A DNA stretch of 64,000 nt from an uncultured Methanosarcinales archaeon (GCA_963843555.1 CAWJKV010000010.1:1-64000); one strand, 5' to 3'. Shown: positions 30,351-42,180, counted from the stretch's first letter. Notes: a model not told the origin generated them from the letters alone. Program-made: numbers and translations.

Positions 30351-32031
30351 CGAGGACACCATAAACAAGATCGCTGCAGGTGAGGTCATCGAGCGGCCGG
30401 CTTCTGTAGTCAAGGAACTGGTGGAAAACTCCCTGGACGCTGACGCCAGCCGGGTGTTGGTGGAGGTCGCAGAGGGAGGAAAGAGCTTCATCAAGATAAC
30501 GGACGACGGCTGCGGCATAGATCCAGAAGATCTACCTCTGGCCTTTCAGAAGCATGCCACATCCAAGATCTCTGAAGCCGGAGATCTGGAGAAGATCGCG
30601 ACCTTAGGTTTTCGAGGTGAGGCTCTGGCCAGCATCGCCAGCGTTTCGCGAAGCGTTGAGGTTCGAACCAAGACCCGGGACTCGCTCTCCGGCACCTATC
30701 TTCGAATGGAGAACGGCAAAATAGCGGAAATAAAGGAGATAGGATGTCCCGTCGGCACATCAATCACTGTGTGGGACCTATTCCACAACGTTCCTGCCAG
30801 AAGAAAGCACCTCAAGGGGGCAGAGGCGGAGCTTGTCCATATCACGGATACCATCACTGAGCTCGCCCTCATACACTTTGATACCTCGTTTGATCTCTTT
30901 TCCGGCAAACGAACTCTCTTCAAGTCTGCAAGATCTGCCAGCTGGGACGATGTGCTCTTGCGCCTCTTCGGCCTGAAGATCAGGCAGGGCATGGCAGATT
31001 TGCAGGCGGAGGGCCGGGGCTGGAGCATCCGGGGAGTCGTCGGAGACGCTCTGAGCCAGAGGAGCAGTCCGGACAGGATATTCATCTTCGTCAACGGCCG
31101 GGCAGTCTCTTCCAAGGCCATTGCCACCGCCTTGCGGGACGCCTATAGAAACATCATCCCCCTGGGAAAGAGTCCTATGGCCGTGATCTCCCTGGAGATA
31201 AGTCCGGAGCTCGTGGATGTGAATGTTCACCCCGCCAAAAGAGAGATTCGGCTCCTGCATGAGGATGAGATCAGCGCAGTCCTCTTCCAGAGGGTGACGG
31301 AGGCGTTAGCCGACCATGCCAAGCCCGCCCTCAATACCCCCGGCGAGCCGGGAATGCAGGCGTCGCCGAGCCAGGCCACTGTCGCCCAGAGCTGCGAGCA
31401 GAGTACGCTTCCAGTTGAGATGGCCCCAGAGGAGCCTATGCCGGCGAACAAAGAGGGTCCCAAGTTGAAGATCCTGGGCCAGATTCTAAAACTCTATATC
31501 GTGGCGGTGGGCGAACAGGGGCTGGTGCTTGTCGACCAGCACGCTGCAGCCGAGCGCATTCGTTTTGAGCGATTGACTGAGCTTTACCGGAAGCGGTCGA
31601 TCCGGCAGGAGCTGGTCGACCCCATCACCATTGAACTCTCTCCCAGTGAGCAGATCATGATCTCATCCTGGCAGGAGACTCTGGAAGACATCGGATTTGA
31701 ATTCTCGCCCTTTGGTGGAAACACATACAGCGTCAGAGCCGTACCGACATTGGGCCGAAGACTGGAGAGCGCAGAAGCGGTGCATGACATCTTGAGAGAC
31801 CTCTTCCTGCGGGGCAAAGTGGCCCCGGGCTCCACGAACCGAGACGAGATCCTCAAGCTTCTGGCCTGCAGGGGCTCTATAAAATCGGGAAAAGAGCTCA
31901 CTATAGCAGAGATGAATCATCTTCTGCAGGAGCTGGGCGAGTGCGACAATCCTCTCACCTGCCCGCACGGAAGGCCGGTGATGGTGGCGATAGACCAGAA
32001 CCAGCTGGAGCGTCTCTTCGCGAGGAGATGA
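30328..32031 (+). CDS. mutL: DNA mismatch repair protein MutL
   Basis: IAAGEVIERPASVVKELVENSLDA, GFRGEAL, DQHAAAER, CPHGRP. Confidence 0.97.
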   Translation: MAKIRLLDEDTINKIAAGEVIERPASVVKELVENSLDADASRVLVEVAEGGKSFIKITDDGCGIDPEDLPLAFQKHATSKISEAGDLEKIATLGFRGEALASIASVSRSVEVRTKTRDSLSGTYLRMENGKIAEIKEIGCPVGTSITVWDLFHNVPARRKHLKGAEAELVHITDTITELALIHFDTSFDLFSGKRTLFKSARSASWDDVLLRLFGLKIRQGMADLQAEGRGWSIRGVVGDALSQRSSPDRIFIFVNGRAVSSKAIATALRDAYRNIIPLGKSPMAVISLEISPELVDVNVHPAKREIRLLHEDEISAVLFQRVTEALADHAKPALNTPGEPGMQASPSQATVAQSCEQSTLPVEMAPEEPMPANKEGPKLKILGQILKLYIVAVGEQGLVLVDQHAAAERIRFERLTELYRKRSIRQELVDPITIELSPSEQIMISSWQETLEDIGFEFSPFGGNTYSVRAVPTLGRRLESAEAVHDILRDLFLRGKVAPGSTNRDEILKLLACRGSIKSGKELTIAEMNHLLQELGECDNPLTCPHGRPVMVAIDQNQLERLFARR

Positions 32032-32062
32032 CCTTATCTTTGGAGCAAGATAATGGCCTGCC

Positions 32063-33375
32063 ATGGATCTGGAAGGGTTTGCGAAAAGGGGTCTGAAGAG
32101 GAAGGATCCGGAAACAGAATCTAAGCTCATCTCATTGATCAGAGAGGTAAAGGAGATACCCGAGGATAGGGCCGCAATCCTGGCCCAGGCAGTGCTGCAA
32201 GAGGCAGAAGCGACTCTAAATCCCACGGGGCGAGGTCTTCCAGCTGAAGAGTGTGGGCGTCAGCATGGGCGACTATGGAGTGGGCTCGCGCGGTTCAGGC
32301 GATTTTTATACTCATACCAAAATTGCTGAGGTCATCGGCCATACCCGCGCCGTGGTCGACTCCCGCCAGTTGGACGACTCTGGCGTGGTCATGGCGAACG
32401 GGCAGTACATAACTGTCACTGTGGACGGCATGCACTCCCGACTCAGCGATTATCCATTCCTGGCCGGCTTTCATGTCACGAGGGCCGCTCTGCGCGATGT
32501 CTATGTCATGGGTGCGAAACCGGTGGCTCTTCTCTCGGACATTCATCTTGCCGACGACGGGGACGTCTCCAAGCTCTTCGACCACATCGCCGGCATCGCC
32601 ACGGTCTCGGAGCTCATCGGCGTTCCTCTCATCACGGGGAGCACTTTACGCATCGGCGGCGATATGGTCATCGGGGACCGGTTAACCGGATGCGTGGGTG
32701 CTATTGGTGTCTCCGAAAAGCTGACGCCCAGAAAAAGCGCCCGCCCCGGAGACGTGATCATGATGACTGAGGGCGCCGGAGGCGGAACCGTCTGCTCTGC
32801 TGCACTTTACTATGATCGGCACGAGGTTGTTGATGAGACTCTGAACATCAAATTCCTGGAAGCCAGTGAGGCGCTTCTCAAAGCAGATCTCAATATTCAC
32901 GCCATGACCGACGTGACCAACGGCGGCATTCGCGGCGACGCCAAGGAGATCTCCTACACTGCAGGGGTGAAGCTTGTCTTCGAGGAGGAGAAGATGCGCC
33001 AATTGGTCAACCCACGGGTTCTGGAGATGCTGGAGGCATCTTGAGATCGACTATCTGGGCGTATCTATCGATGCGCTGCTCATCATCGCCCCTCCTCCGG
33101 AAGCAGGAAAGATAAAACGGATCATTCGAGGTTCTGGGGTAGCAGTGGACGAGATTGGCACAGTTGAGGCGGGTGAAGGTGCTTTGCTGCATATGAATGG
33201 CAAAGTAACTGACTTCAGCCCCCGTTTTCGCGAAGCTGCCTATACGCCTATAAAGAAAGCGGTGGGCCAGGACGCAGAGCGTGACGTGGCCGAGATGACC
33301 CGCAGGGTCGACGAAGCGGCAGAGAATGCTGTGGAAAAGAAGAGGAGATTTATCGAGAAGATAAAAAGAAGTTAA
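32063..33375 (+). CDS. AIR synthase-related (HypE/ThiL-like) protein; two frameshifts (near 32230 and 33040)
   Basis: GVGSRGSGDF, DGMHSRLS, AMTDVTNGGIRGD and FREAAYTPIKK across three ORFs. Confidence 0.85.
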
Positions 33376-33519
33376 TTCAAATTTTTACAAAGTTATTTAT
33401 TTTCAATAGCGTTACTGAATGTAATAATAATAGTAAAAATTTATTTAACATAAATAAACTATTTATATCATAACGTACTTCATTTATTGCAAGGGTGTAA
33501 AATTAGGGAGGAGATAACA

Positions 33520-33909
33520 ATGAAAGAATCTTTCGTAATGAGATTTGACGAAAAAGATATCGAGGTTGTAGAGACATTGAAGAGCCTGGGAGTTCCGAGA
33601 AAAGTCTCCAACATGATCGCCTATCTCGCCAGCGGCACGGAGGCGACCTCCCGCGAGATTGAGAGAGGATCCGATCTCCGCCAACCAGAGGTGAGCATTG
33701 CTCTTCGCACTCTGCGCAAGAATAACTGGGTGGAAGAGAAGATCAGCAGAAGCGATGGCACCGGCAGGCCCATGAAGGTATACCGTCTCAAAGCGCCCAT
33801 AGAGGATATCCTCCATTTCTACGAGCAGGAGAAACTGAACGAGGCCAACCAGGCATTGCAGTCCATACAGAAGCTGAAAACCCTCCTCGGGGAGGCGGGA
33901 TCGAGCTAA
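33520..33909 (+). CDS. wHTH transcriptional regulator (ArsR/MarR-like)
   Basis: SREIERGSDLRQPEVSIAL, GTGRPMKVY. Confidence 0.85.
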   Translation: MKESFVMRFDEKDIEVVETLKSLGVPRKVSNMIAYLASGTEATSREIERGSDLRQPEVSIALRTLRKNNWVEEKISRSDGTGRPMKVYRLKAPIEDILHFYEQEKLNEANQALQSIQKLKTLLGEAGSS

Positions 33910-34317
33910 GCAGGCGGATAGGCCTCTTTTCTTTTTGTCTTAACTCCATCGGAATCGGGTATTTGCCCAACAGGCACCTCATAGCCTTCAATTTGTTCCA
34001 TAGATCTCGATTTAGCTGAACGAATTTAAGGGTTAGGATGACTATCTTTGAATAAAAAATCTAGCGGACTTGGTTCGCAACAGGAACTGCTTTCCAAAAA
34101 ACATTTTCACGATGGGGATATATAGAAGTAAGACGTAACATAATTTAGGGTAAGCCAGGGGCCAATGTGAATCATTGCCCAAGCAGATGTGGTCAGAACC
34201 AGGAAGACGTCAGATGATCCAAACGGTCTACAAGAAAATTGAAAGTCCAATCTTGGGCCGTTCCATCGGTTGGAATACGACCAGATATTAACCAGTCGAT
34301 ATCCAGGTAGTGATTCA

Positions 34318-34815
34318 TTGGCAGTTATCGAAGAAGTTATCCAGAGAGCGTATCTCAACAAGCTTGTGGGAGAAGAAGGTTTACGCATTGTGGAATGCAT
34401 ACCGGGTGAAGAGATCACAGATGAGCGGCTGGCTGAGCTTACAGGGATAAGCTTGAACACCGTACGACGCACGCTCTATCTCCTTTACGAGCACAGGCTG
34501 GCCATATACCGGCGCAAGCGGGACCCGGATTCAGGCTGGCTCACTTACTTGTGGCAGCTCTGTCCCGAGAACTTCGACAAAGCCCTGGAATCGGAAGCAA
34601 AGAGGCTTCTTCGTAAACTGGATGAACGGCTGGTTTATGAGAAAGAGAACATCTTTTATGCCTGCATAGAGGGCTGTGCAAGGTTCATCTTCGATGAGGC
34701 CAGCGAGGCCAACTTTGTCTGTCCTTTCTGTCAGGGAAGCCTGGAGTACATGGAGAATGCCAAAGTGGTGGAGACTATAGAGAAGCAGATGAAAGAACTG
34801 AAAGCCTGCATATGA
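34318..34815 (+). CDS. tfe: Transcription factor E
   Basis: TDE.LAE.TGI.LNTVRR.LY.L, DSGWLTYLW, Zn ribbon CPFC; probable TTG start at 34318. Confidence 0.92.
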   Translation: MAVIEEVIQRAYLNKLVGEEGLRIVECIPGEEITDERLAELTGISLNTVRRTLYLLYEHRLAIYRRKRDPDSGWLTYLWQLCPENFDKALESEAKRLLRKLDERLVYEKENIFYACIEGCARFIFDEASEANFVCPFCQGSLEYMENAKVVETIEKQMKELKACI

Positions 34816-34841
34816 GCAATTCGCCAGAAATTTCTTGTGAA

Positions 34842-35243
34842 TTATAAGTTCTCCAGGTTATTGGCTAGGATTGCCGTCCACCACCAGCGAGCCATGTCCA
34901 TCAGATCGCGGCTGAACATCCCTGAGAGCCTGTATTCTCCGCCTTTGCTGGAGACCATGCCCGCCCCGAGCAGCTTGTTCCTCATGGCGTAAAAGGCAGA
35001 TCGGCTCACATTGAGCTCCACCAGGAGGGATTTCCATTCATGGGTTTTCAATGGATCTCCACTCTTCTGCCTCTCCTCCACCAGTGCCAGGAACCTCTGG
35101 CCGCGCTCTGCCGTTGCTTCTTCCTGGAAAAGCCGAAGCATGAGCTCATGGTAGGGATCGCGCGAACGGCTTACAGCGTACTCCGATTTGGAGCGGACCT
35201 TCAGTGTAGTTGCGGTCCTGGGAGCCTTTTTCACATTGGTCAT
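34842..35243 (-). CDS. Hypothetical wHTH-like protein
   Basis: VSRSAFYAMRNKLLGAGMV; coupled to the upstream gene. Confidence 0.65.
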   Translation of the reverse strand: MTNVKKAPRTATTLKVRSKSEYAVSRSRDPYHELMLRLFQEEATAERGQRFLALVEERQKSGDPLKTHEWKSLLVELNVSRSAFYAMRNKLLGAGMVSSKGGEYRLSGMFSRDLMDMARWWWTAILANNLENL

Positions 35244-35545
35244 AAGGTTGCCAGTACTGCTCTGGCTATATCTGCATATTCATCCCTCAAGATATAGGTC
35301 TTGGGTGCACGATAAGACTTCTTATTGACATGCAATATTCCCAGGCGCGAACAAATATAGCCGATCATAGAGGCTACCACCTTTCGGGAAACATTATATC
35401 GTTTACTAACAATCTCATGAAGAGAGGCAACGGTAAACTCCCGGGCCTCGACTATGGACTCAAGGACAATTCGCCGGAGGCCATCCGGATCCAAATTGAG
35501 GAACCTTACCATCCTGCCTAATATCTCTGACCGCTGTGATTTCAT
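35240..35545 (-). CDS. DUF2551-like wHTH protein
   Basis: D..GLRR.VL, VASMIGYICSRLGIL; paralog of 62223-62525. Confidence 0.75.
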   Translation of the reverse strand: MKSQRSEILGRMVRFLNLDPDGLRRIVLESIVEAREFTVASLHEIVSKRYNVSRKVVASMIGYICSRLGILHVNKKSYRAPKTYILRDEYADIARAVLATL

Positions 35546-35647
35546 AGAACCCCTCCCAAACTACCCCCCTGTACATTTATCATTACTTTAGTAATATGTA
35601 TAATATATACCTTCCTAATATGAATTAATAAATGATATGGTAATACT

Positions 35648-36374
35648 ATGCTTGAAGACGAGCGCGAAAGGGCAGAAAGCCTCTATGCCCGGGGAGATTA
35701 TGAGGAGGCTCTGTCGGTATGGGAGAACATCGAGAGAACCAATCCTGAAAGCCTCCATCACTGGTACAAAAAGGGGGTGGCCCTTCGAAAAATTGGACGG
35801 TTCGAAGAGGCCATCATCGCACTGGAAAAGGCCCTCCGGCTGGACGCCGGAAATGCGAACGCCTGGAGAAACCATGCCGCCGCCTTGAACCAGGTAGATA
35901 GGAGTTCCGAAGCCCTGCTGTCCTGCAAAAAAGCCCTATCAATCGACCCGTACAATGCCCGAACCTGGATAGTGAGGGGCTTTGCTCTGCACCGTCTGGG
36001 CCGGTATGAGGAGGCTGTAGAGAGCTATGCCCGGGCCATTGAGCTAAATCCCTTAGGTGCGGACGGGAGGAGGGCCTGGAATAACCGGGGCGCAGCTCTG
36101 GACAACCTGCATAGGCACGAGGAAGCAATCGAGAGCTATGAGGAGGCGATCATGATAGATCCCTTTGACATTTATGCCTGGAATAATAAAGGCGTGGCTC
36201 TGGGTGCCCTGGCCCGGCATGAATGAAGCGCTGCAGTGTTTTCAGAAGGCGATAGAGATAGAGAAGGAATATGCGACTGCCTGGAAGAATCTGGGAGTAG
36301 CCTGCAAGTCGCTACACAGAGACGATGAGGCGGAAGAGGCCAATCGCATTGCTCGCGAATTGGGTTTGAAATGA
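35648..36374 (+). CDS. TPR protein; frameshift near 36220
   Basis: TPR repeats across ORFs 35648-36226 and 36165-36374. Confidence 0.85.
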
Positions 36375-36390
36375 TCTTATGGATAGAGAT

Positions 36391-37131
36391 ATGAAGATGA
36401 CAGCATCCCAATGGCAGTACCATGAGCCCGACCACCCAGGAGCAGACTTCGATGCCCTGGCTGAGAGCTACGATCAGGATATGCAAGAGCATCGAGACAT
36501 CCAGGGCGAGATCGCCGAGATCCTGGATTTCCTCGACCTGTTGCCCGACCAGTCCGTCCTGGAGATAGGCACCGGAACCGGCGAGTTCGCCTTGCCGCTG
36601 CGCGCCATTGCCGGAAGGTATATGCCGTGGACCTATCTCTGGGTATGTTGAGATACGCCGAGAAAAAAGCAGCATTACGAGCTATAAACAATGTCGAGTT
36701 CTTGCCGGGCGGATTTCTTACCTACCAACACCAGGGCGCCCCTCTGGACGCTGTGGTGACTCAGATTGCATTGCACCATCTCCCGGACTTCTGGAAACAG
36801 GTTGCATTGCAGCGTATATTCGATATGCTCAAGGAGGGCGGGAAATTCTGCCTGAGGGATGTGGTCTACTCCTTTGATCCCCGTGACCAGGAAAAATTCT
36901 TCGAGGAATTCATAGCGAAAGCATCTCAAAAGGGAAGCGCCAGAGTTTGCAGCTCGCGTCACCGACCATATTGGCAAAGAGTATTCCACCATGGATTGGA
37001 TTATGCAGGGGATGATCGAGAGGGCCGGATTCGAGATAGCGAGATTGAAGCATAGCAATGGATTTTTCGGCCTGTATTTATGCAGCAAGACCTCGAGAAA
37101 TGTCATCTCTGGGGGACGAAATGTCGGTTGA
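36391..37131 (+). CDS. Class I SAM-dependent methyltransferase; frameshifts near 36610 and 36940
   Basis: VLEIGTGTG, DLS..ML, ALHHLPDFWK, LKEGG. Confidence 0.8.
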
Positions 37132-37352
37132 GCTAGGCGTCTCTTCAAGGTTGTCGCCACCAGGAAGCCATTGTCAAGCCTTTCGGCACAGGCTTGACCA
37201 CCATCATGCGATAGATGCACGGCTTTCCCTGGATAGCTACATGACCACGAACTCAAATCTGCTTGAACACTGCAATTGAATTTTGGCAGTGAAGGGTGCG
37301 ATTGTAATCCCTTCCGGTCTTTATAAAGGAACTGGGCCTATTCAGGATGAAT

Positions 37353-38642
37353 TCATCCATTAGGGCCAGCCAATTCACAGTAAATTGTAAAAAGATATAC
37401 GGTATTAGCAGGAGCGATACCAGGTATCTCTGCCAGGGGCTGCCGGCCATAGTCCCTGCTATCCAATGCCCAAACCAGTATTGCGGTTGCGAATGGAGCG
37501 AAAGTAACAATCGCCCATAAGGATAGGGCTATCGTTCTGCTGAAAAAGGTTGTTTCATATCCAAAATAGGATAAAAAAATTAATGGAAATGTAAATATAG
37601 TAAAAATCGGGGATAATGATGCTGCCAGGCTGAAAAATGTATCCATTTTCTTGTATCTTGACATGTTTTTGCATCTCATTACATTCCAATTATATTTTCT
37701 CCATACCTGCATCCAGCCTCTTGCCCATCTCTTTCTCTGAGTCCACCAGGGTCCCACTCGCGTGGGTACTTCTTCCCAGGATTGCAGCTCTGGAATGTGC
37801 ATTATCTCGTATCCGGCCATATGCAACCTGACCGAGAGATCGATATCCTCACATAATATCTCCTCGTCAAAAAGACCTATCTTTTCAAATATCTCTCTTC
37901 TAAAAAAACCATGTGCACCTCCAAAATTCGCAAATCCGCCCAGTTTATAGGCCCCATAAATGCCGATCCTCTCTATTGCGTCGCGTTCCAGGGCAACTAC
38001 TCTGGATAGTAGATTGCTGTCCCTATTTATCACCCTGCACCGTCCTCTCACACAGCCTATGGATGGTTTATTGAACAAGGTTACAGCTTTCTTCAAAAGG
38101 TCGGGATTTAATGATTGATCGGCATCAAATACTCCTATTATTTGGCCTTTTGCAAAGCTTATTCCATAATTGTTTGCAGCTGCATGACCTCCGGACTTGG
38201 ACGTCTTTTTGATGGGCTTAATGCGAGGGTCCTGCAGAGCATATTTCAGTATGATCTCCTCTGTTCTGTCAGTGCAATGCGCTTCGTAGACATAGAGGAT
38301 CTCTACTTTATCTTTTGGATAATCCAATTTAAGAATTGACTGAATAGTGCGGTCTAGAACTGCCTCCTCGTAATAGGCGGAGACGATTATAGAAACGGAC
38401 GGCCACTCGTTTTCCCTTTGAGACAAGGATTCGTAGGACCTCATGCTGGCAAATGCGATTACATAGGATCTTATTGCCATAAATGCCAAAAATAGAAAGA
38501 CAACGGTTCCAAAGAACTTTACATAATTTTGATTGAGCATTCCTGGAAGGATCAATACAATTATAAATATTACCAGTGTTCCAATAATATAAGATAGATT
38601 GCATTTGATATCAAAGACTTCATTAGTTTTTGCATTCATCAT
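37353..38642 (-). CDS. GT2 family membrane glycosyltransferase; probable frameshift near the C-terminus
   Basis: FDAD, CEDIDL and QRKRW motifs; AT-rich. Confidence 0.9.
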   Translation of the reverse strand: MMNAKTNEVFDIKCNLSYIIGTLVIFIIVLILPGMLNQNYVKFFGTVVFLFLAFMAIRSYVIAFASMRSYESLSQRENEWPSVSIIVSAYYEEAVLDRTIQSILKLDYPKDKVEILYVYEAHCTDRTEEIILKYALQDPRIKPIKKTSKSGGHAAANNYGISFAKGQIIGVFDADQSLNPDLLKKAVTLFNKPSIGCVRGRCRVINRDSNLLSRVVALERDAIERIGIYGAYKLGGFANFGGAHGFFRREIFEKIGLFDEEILCEDIDLSVRLHMAGYEIMHIPELQSWEEVPTRVGPWWTQRKRWARGWMQVWRKYNWNVMRCKNMSRYKKMDTFFSLAASLSPIFTIFTFPLIFLSYFGYETTFFSRTIALSLWAIVTFAPFATAILVWALDSRDYGRQPLAEIPGIAPANTVYLFTIYCELAGPNG

Positions 38643-38774
38643 TACACATCCTGGAAGGGACTTAATTTTCTAAAGCTGAGGTTAGACTGATGCACTATGC
38701 GGAGTCTTGATGACCACCACCCCAATGCGCAGGCTTAGTAACTTCGATAAGATCTCATCTTTATTTCTTTTCAT
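38642..38774 (-). pseudogene. Remnant of a small archaeal wHTH gene
   Basis: MKRNKDEILSKLL... then KT.IVHQSNLSF in a shifted frame. Confidence 0.4.
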
Positions 38775-38859
38775 ACTTATCACCTCTCATTATGATAGTT
38801 ACTTACTTTGAGTCATCATATAGACGATTGTATCCATTTAGCAGCATTTTATGTGCATG

Positions 38860-39072
38860 TTAGGCCAGAACAATACTAAGGATCATTAATCCAGGCGTGT
38901 CCAGGCATCCAATGACGTTGAGCAAGGCAGTCTTGCCCGAGCCGGAGGGGCCGATGATAGCGATGAATTCACCCTCATTCACCCTGAAATCTACATCCTT
39001 CAATGCATGGATCTCTTCCCTCCCTCGCCGGTAAACCTTGTTCAGACCAATGGCCTCGATTACGCTCTTCAT
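38860..39072 (-). pseudogene. Truncated ABC transporter ATPase (LolD/MacB-like)
   Basis: [22 protein letters not shown], then stop; no signature motif or Walker B downstream. Confidence 0.85.
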
Positions 39073-40250
39073 TCCACACCACCCCGGATAGCCTCCATAG
39101 GCGTTAGCTGCGAGGATTTAAAGGCAGGATACAGCCCGCAAATTAAACCCAAAACCACAGAGAAGACCAGTGCAAAAGCAATGAGCTCAGGGCTCAAAGA
39201 CACGAGCGATCCCTTCGGAGAATAGGGCAACATGCCCTTCACAAATCCCTCGATCAGGCTTGAGCCCACTATGGCCGCGAGAGTCCCAATTATGCCGCCA
39301 ATGATTGTGATGAACACCGTCTCCGCCAGCACCATTCTGGCAATATCCAGACCAGACGCCCCAATGGCCTTCATCATGCCAAACTCCCTGGTCCTTTCAT
39401 TCACGGACATGAGTAGCGTATTTATGATGCCAAAAGCGCTGATGATCAACGCTATGGCGATGACGGTCAGCAGAAGCGAGCGAGCAGACCCTGCCAGATT
39501 CATGATAGTGCCCATGATTTGCGTCATGGTCACAACCTGGATATCGGGAATATTCTCCATCTGTTCCGAGACAGCCGCTATTTTTCCGACATCTTTGACC
39601 TTAACCGCAATGGTGGTGATCTTGTCCTTCTTGTTGAAGACTCTCTGCGCCTCAGCTAGTGGCACGAAATGGAATTGATCATCCTGGTCTCCCGCCTGTT
39701 CCAGTATGCCGACAATGGTGAAGTCTTTAAGAGGCCCTGTCTGCATCACTGATCCTACAGAATAGTTCTCCTTTTCTGCCAGGCCATGGCCCACAAGCAT
39801 GACACCGGTCTCGTTATCGGCAAAATACCTCCCTTCTACTTTCCACCAGGGTTTCAGTCTCTTTGTGTCATCGATCCTTATTCCAAAAACCACATGCGGT
39901 ACATCCTCACCGCTTTCATCATTGCCTATGAACTGGTGCATGAGCATGGGTGTGGCCAGCTCAATCCCTTCGATATTGCTGACATTATCGAGGTCATAGG
40001 CAGAGAGATATTTGGGTATTACACCGCCATGCATAACCAGAGATGCCGCCTCGTAGGGACAGCCTTTGGGCACGGCCAGAATATGCACACCCATGCTGTT
40101 GACTTCCTTGTTAAGCTCCTTCTCATATCCCGAGTTTAGAGAGAGAAGGCTAAAAAGAACAGTTATGGCGATAGCTACACCCAAGACGGTCAGAAGCGTC
40201 CTCCCCCTCCGACGCAGCAGGTTCTTTGCTGCCAGGGTGAGGAAATTCAT
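39069..40250 (-). CDS. ABC transporter permease (MacB/FtsX family)
   Basis: [32 protein letters not shown]. Confidence 0.92.
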   Translation of the reverse strand: MNFLTLAAKNLLRRRGRTLLTVLGVAIAITVLFSLLSLNSGYEKELNKEVNSMGVHILAVPKGCPYEAASLVMHGGVIPKYLSAYDLDNVSNIEGIELATPMLMHQFIGNDESGEDVPHVVFGIRIDDTKRLKPWWKVEGRYFADNETGVMLVGHGLAEKENYSVGSVMQTGPLKDFTIVGILEQAGDQDDQFHFVPLAEAQRVFNKKDKITTIAVKVKDVGKIAAVSEQMENIPDIQVVTMTQIMGTIMNLAGSARSLLLTVIAIALIISAFGIINTLLMSVNERTREFGMMKAIGASGLDIARMVLAETVFITIIGGIIGTLAAIVGSSLIEGFVKGMLPYSPKGSLVSLSPELIAFALVFSVVLGLICGLYPAFKSSQLTPMEAIRGGVE

Positions 40251-40627
40251 CTGTAGACCTCTCCATTGATCTCTACGATCTTGCCGATCATCATTGGGTC
40301 GTTGTCTTTAACTGTCACCACTCCGTAAACCTTGACCTTCGATCCCGCCTCTTGAGGGATGACGAAGTTACTGGGAAGGATATCGATATACAGGCTTGCG
40401 CTCTTATCATTCACAATAAACCAGCATCCTGCAGGACATTCTGTCTCGATCTTGCCTTCTATTACCACATTCTTTCCTACGAAAGTGGAGGTATTCTGAA
40501 TTATGTCTCGAATTTTCACGGGCTCTCCTTTAAGTTCAGCAGGAACTTCCTTTGCGAGAGATACCTGCGTCGCCAAGGGTACTATGCTGAGGAGAATTAT
40601 TGCAATCATCAACCTATCCCATCTCAT
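40247..40627 (-). CDS. Secreted OB-fold-like protein with CPAGCW motif
   Basis: Signal peptide; GKNVVIEGKI.TECPAGCWF. Confidence 0.75.
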   Translation of the reverse strand: MRWDRLMIAIILLSIVPLATQVSLAKEVPAELKGEPVKIRDIIQNTSTFVGKNVVIEGKIETECPAGCWFIVNDKSASLYIDILPSNFVIPQEAGSKVKVYGVVTVKDNDPMMIGKIVEINGEVYR

Positions 40628-41051
40628 CTTCCATCACCTTATTGCATCGTCGCGCGAATGGAGAACAAAATCTTTTCAATTTGCATCCCCTTTCATGATT
40701 CTAATTCGAGCGAAGTCGTTGAGATCATGCGATACTATCATTTTCTCCTTCATACTATTTAAAAATTTTTTATATTGTTTCAAGAAGTCATCGATAATCT
40801 AACGAACTAATATAATTTATTATTAATTTAATTAAGATAGCAATTCAATCGAGCTATATACTCAGCCACATTTATGAAATCCGATCCGCGTCATTCTAAC
40901 TGCTGCACAGCCATAGTTTTCATGTTTCGCTTACGAAATAAAGTGGTGTCATCAGTAACTCATGACGAAAAAATAGTAAATGTACTATTTCGCTATTTTT
41001 TAAAAAAATATATGTATATATAATGTTCTCGAACCATATCCCGCATCGAAC

Positions 41052-41471
41052 TCATCCTGTCACTACCAGAGGTGACCTGAATTCTCCAGAGATCTCCACT
41101 TTTTTGCCTATTATGTAAGGCGTCCCTGGTTCAAAGGTCAGCATCTTCTTTTCACCTACAACCGTTACATTTCCATATACCTTGGCGATATTGCCAACTA
41201 AATTCAGTGGCATAGTAAAGTTGTTGGGCTTCAGATCGACAAGCAGGCTCCCGGTTCCATCATTGATCACTAACCAGCAGCCTCTTCCGGGGCACTCTTT
41301 CTCGATGCTCCCCTCTATCTGAACTGCCTTCCCTTGGTATGGAGAGCTTCCCTCCATGATTTCGCTAATGGTTGTTTTCTCATAATCGATACCTGCAGCT
41401 TGAACTGCAGTACATGCCATACACAATAGGATGGCAATTCCTACGATCAAATAGAGTCCATTCTTTGGCAT
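41052..41471 (-). CDS. Secreted OB-fold-like protein with CPGRGCW motif (paralog)
   Basis: Start MPKNGLY after GGAGG; aligns with 40247-40627. Confidence 0.75.
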   Translation of the reverse strand: MPKNGLYLIVGIAILLCMACTAVQAAGIDYEKTTISEIMEGSSPYQGKAVQIEGSIEKECPGRGCWLVINDGTGSLLVDLKPNNFTMPLNLVGNIAKVYGNVTVVGEKKMLTFEPGTPYIIGKKVEISGEFRSPLVVTG

Positions 41472-42180
41472 CTTGTATTCAACCTCCTTCATTTCGGGTT
41501 TCTGATTAGACGGATTTTCTTCGGATCTATCGATTGATCTTATCAGAGTGCTTATTCCTGGTCCTCTCAAGTTCCGTAGATGCAATCCGAAACCTTCTGA
41601 AATGGATATAACTGTTATATTATTTAAATTTTTTTGATTGTCAATACCATATTGATTTTCTGCAGCAGAACAATGGGGTTTATGGCTAGCACACCCGCTT
41701 GAACCTCACAAGCAGCTCATGTATCAGAAGCCCGCAACCTGGGACCCAGGGATTTTCGACATCTTGCCAAGGGCATCATACTCAAGGTGCCGTCTGCCAG
41801 GACGGAACTCGCATGTTGAAGAGCGGTCGCGAGGACCACGCCCCGACCTCACGCCCACGTGCCCAACCTGCCTTTGAACATTTTAAGCAAATGGAGTTGA
41901 GGAGTCAATTTTATAATCAAACGCATGAATAATAAAAACTGTTGAGATTCGTAGTGGCTAAAATGGCGGGCCGATAGCTATGGAGTTTTCAGCCTGTATC
42001 CATGCACCAAGTTCGATAGATAATGGTTTTCGTGGACGAAAAGGGCAGTTGGAATAAAAGAGATAATCGAATCAAAAGGTCAATGGGCAGTTTTCTGCAA
42101 GCGAACGGGGCTGAGCGGACGAGACCATTTCCTTGCCACATCGCTCCTGAAAATGAGGGGTTTTCAGCCCCGCCTCATCT

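Noticed and set aside
40970..40991. 9-4-9 palindrome as a metal-regulator operator
   Set aside because: AT-rich and located just after the stop of 41052-41471, so it is equally explained as a terminator or by chance.
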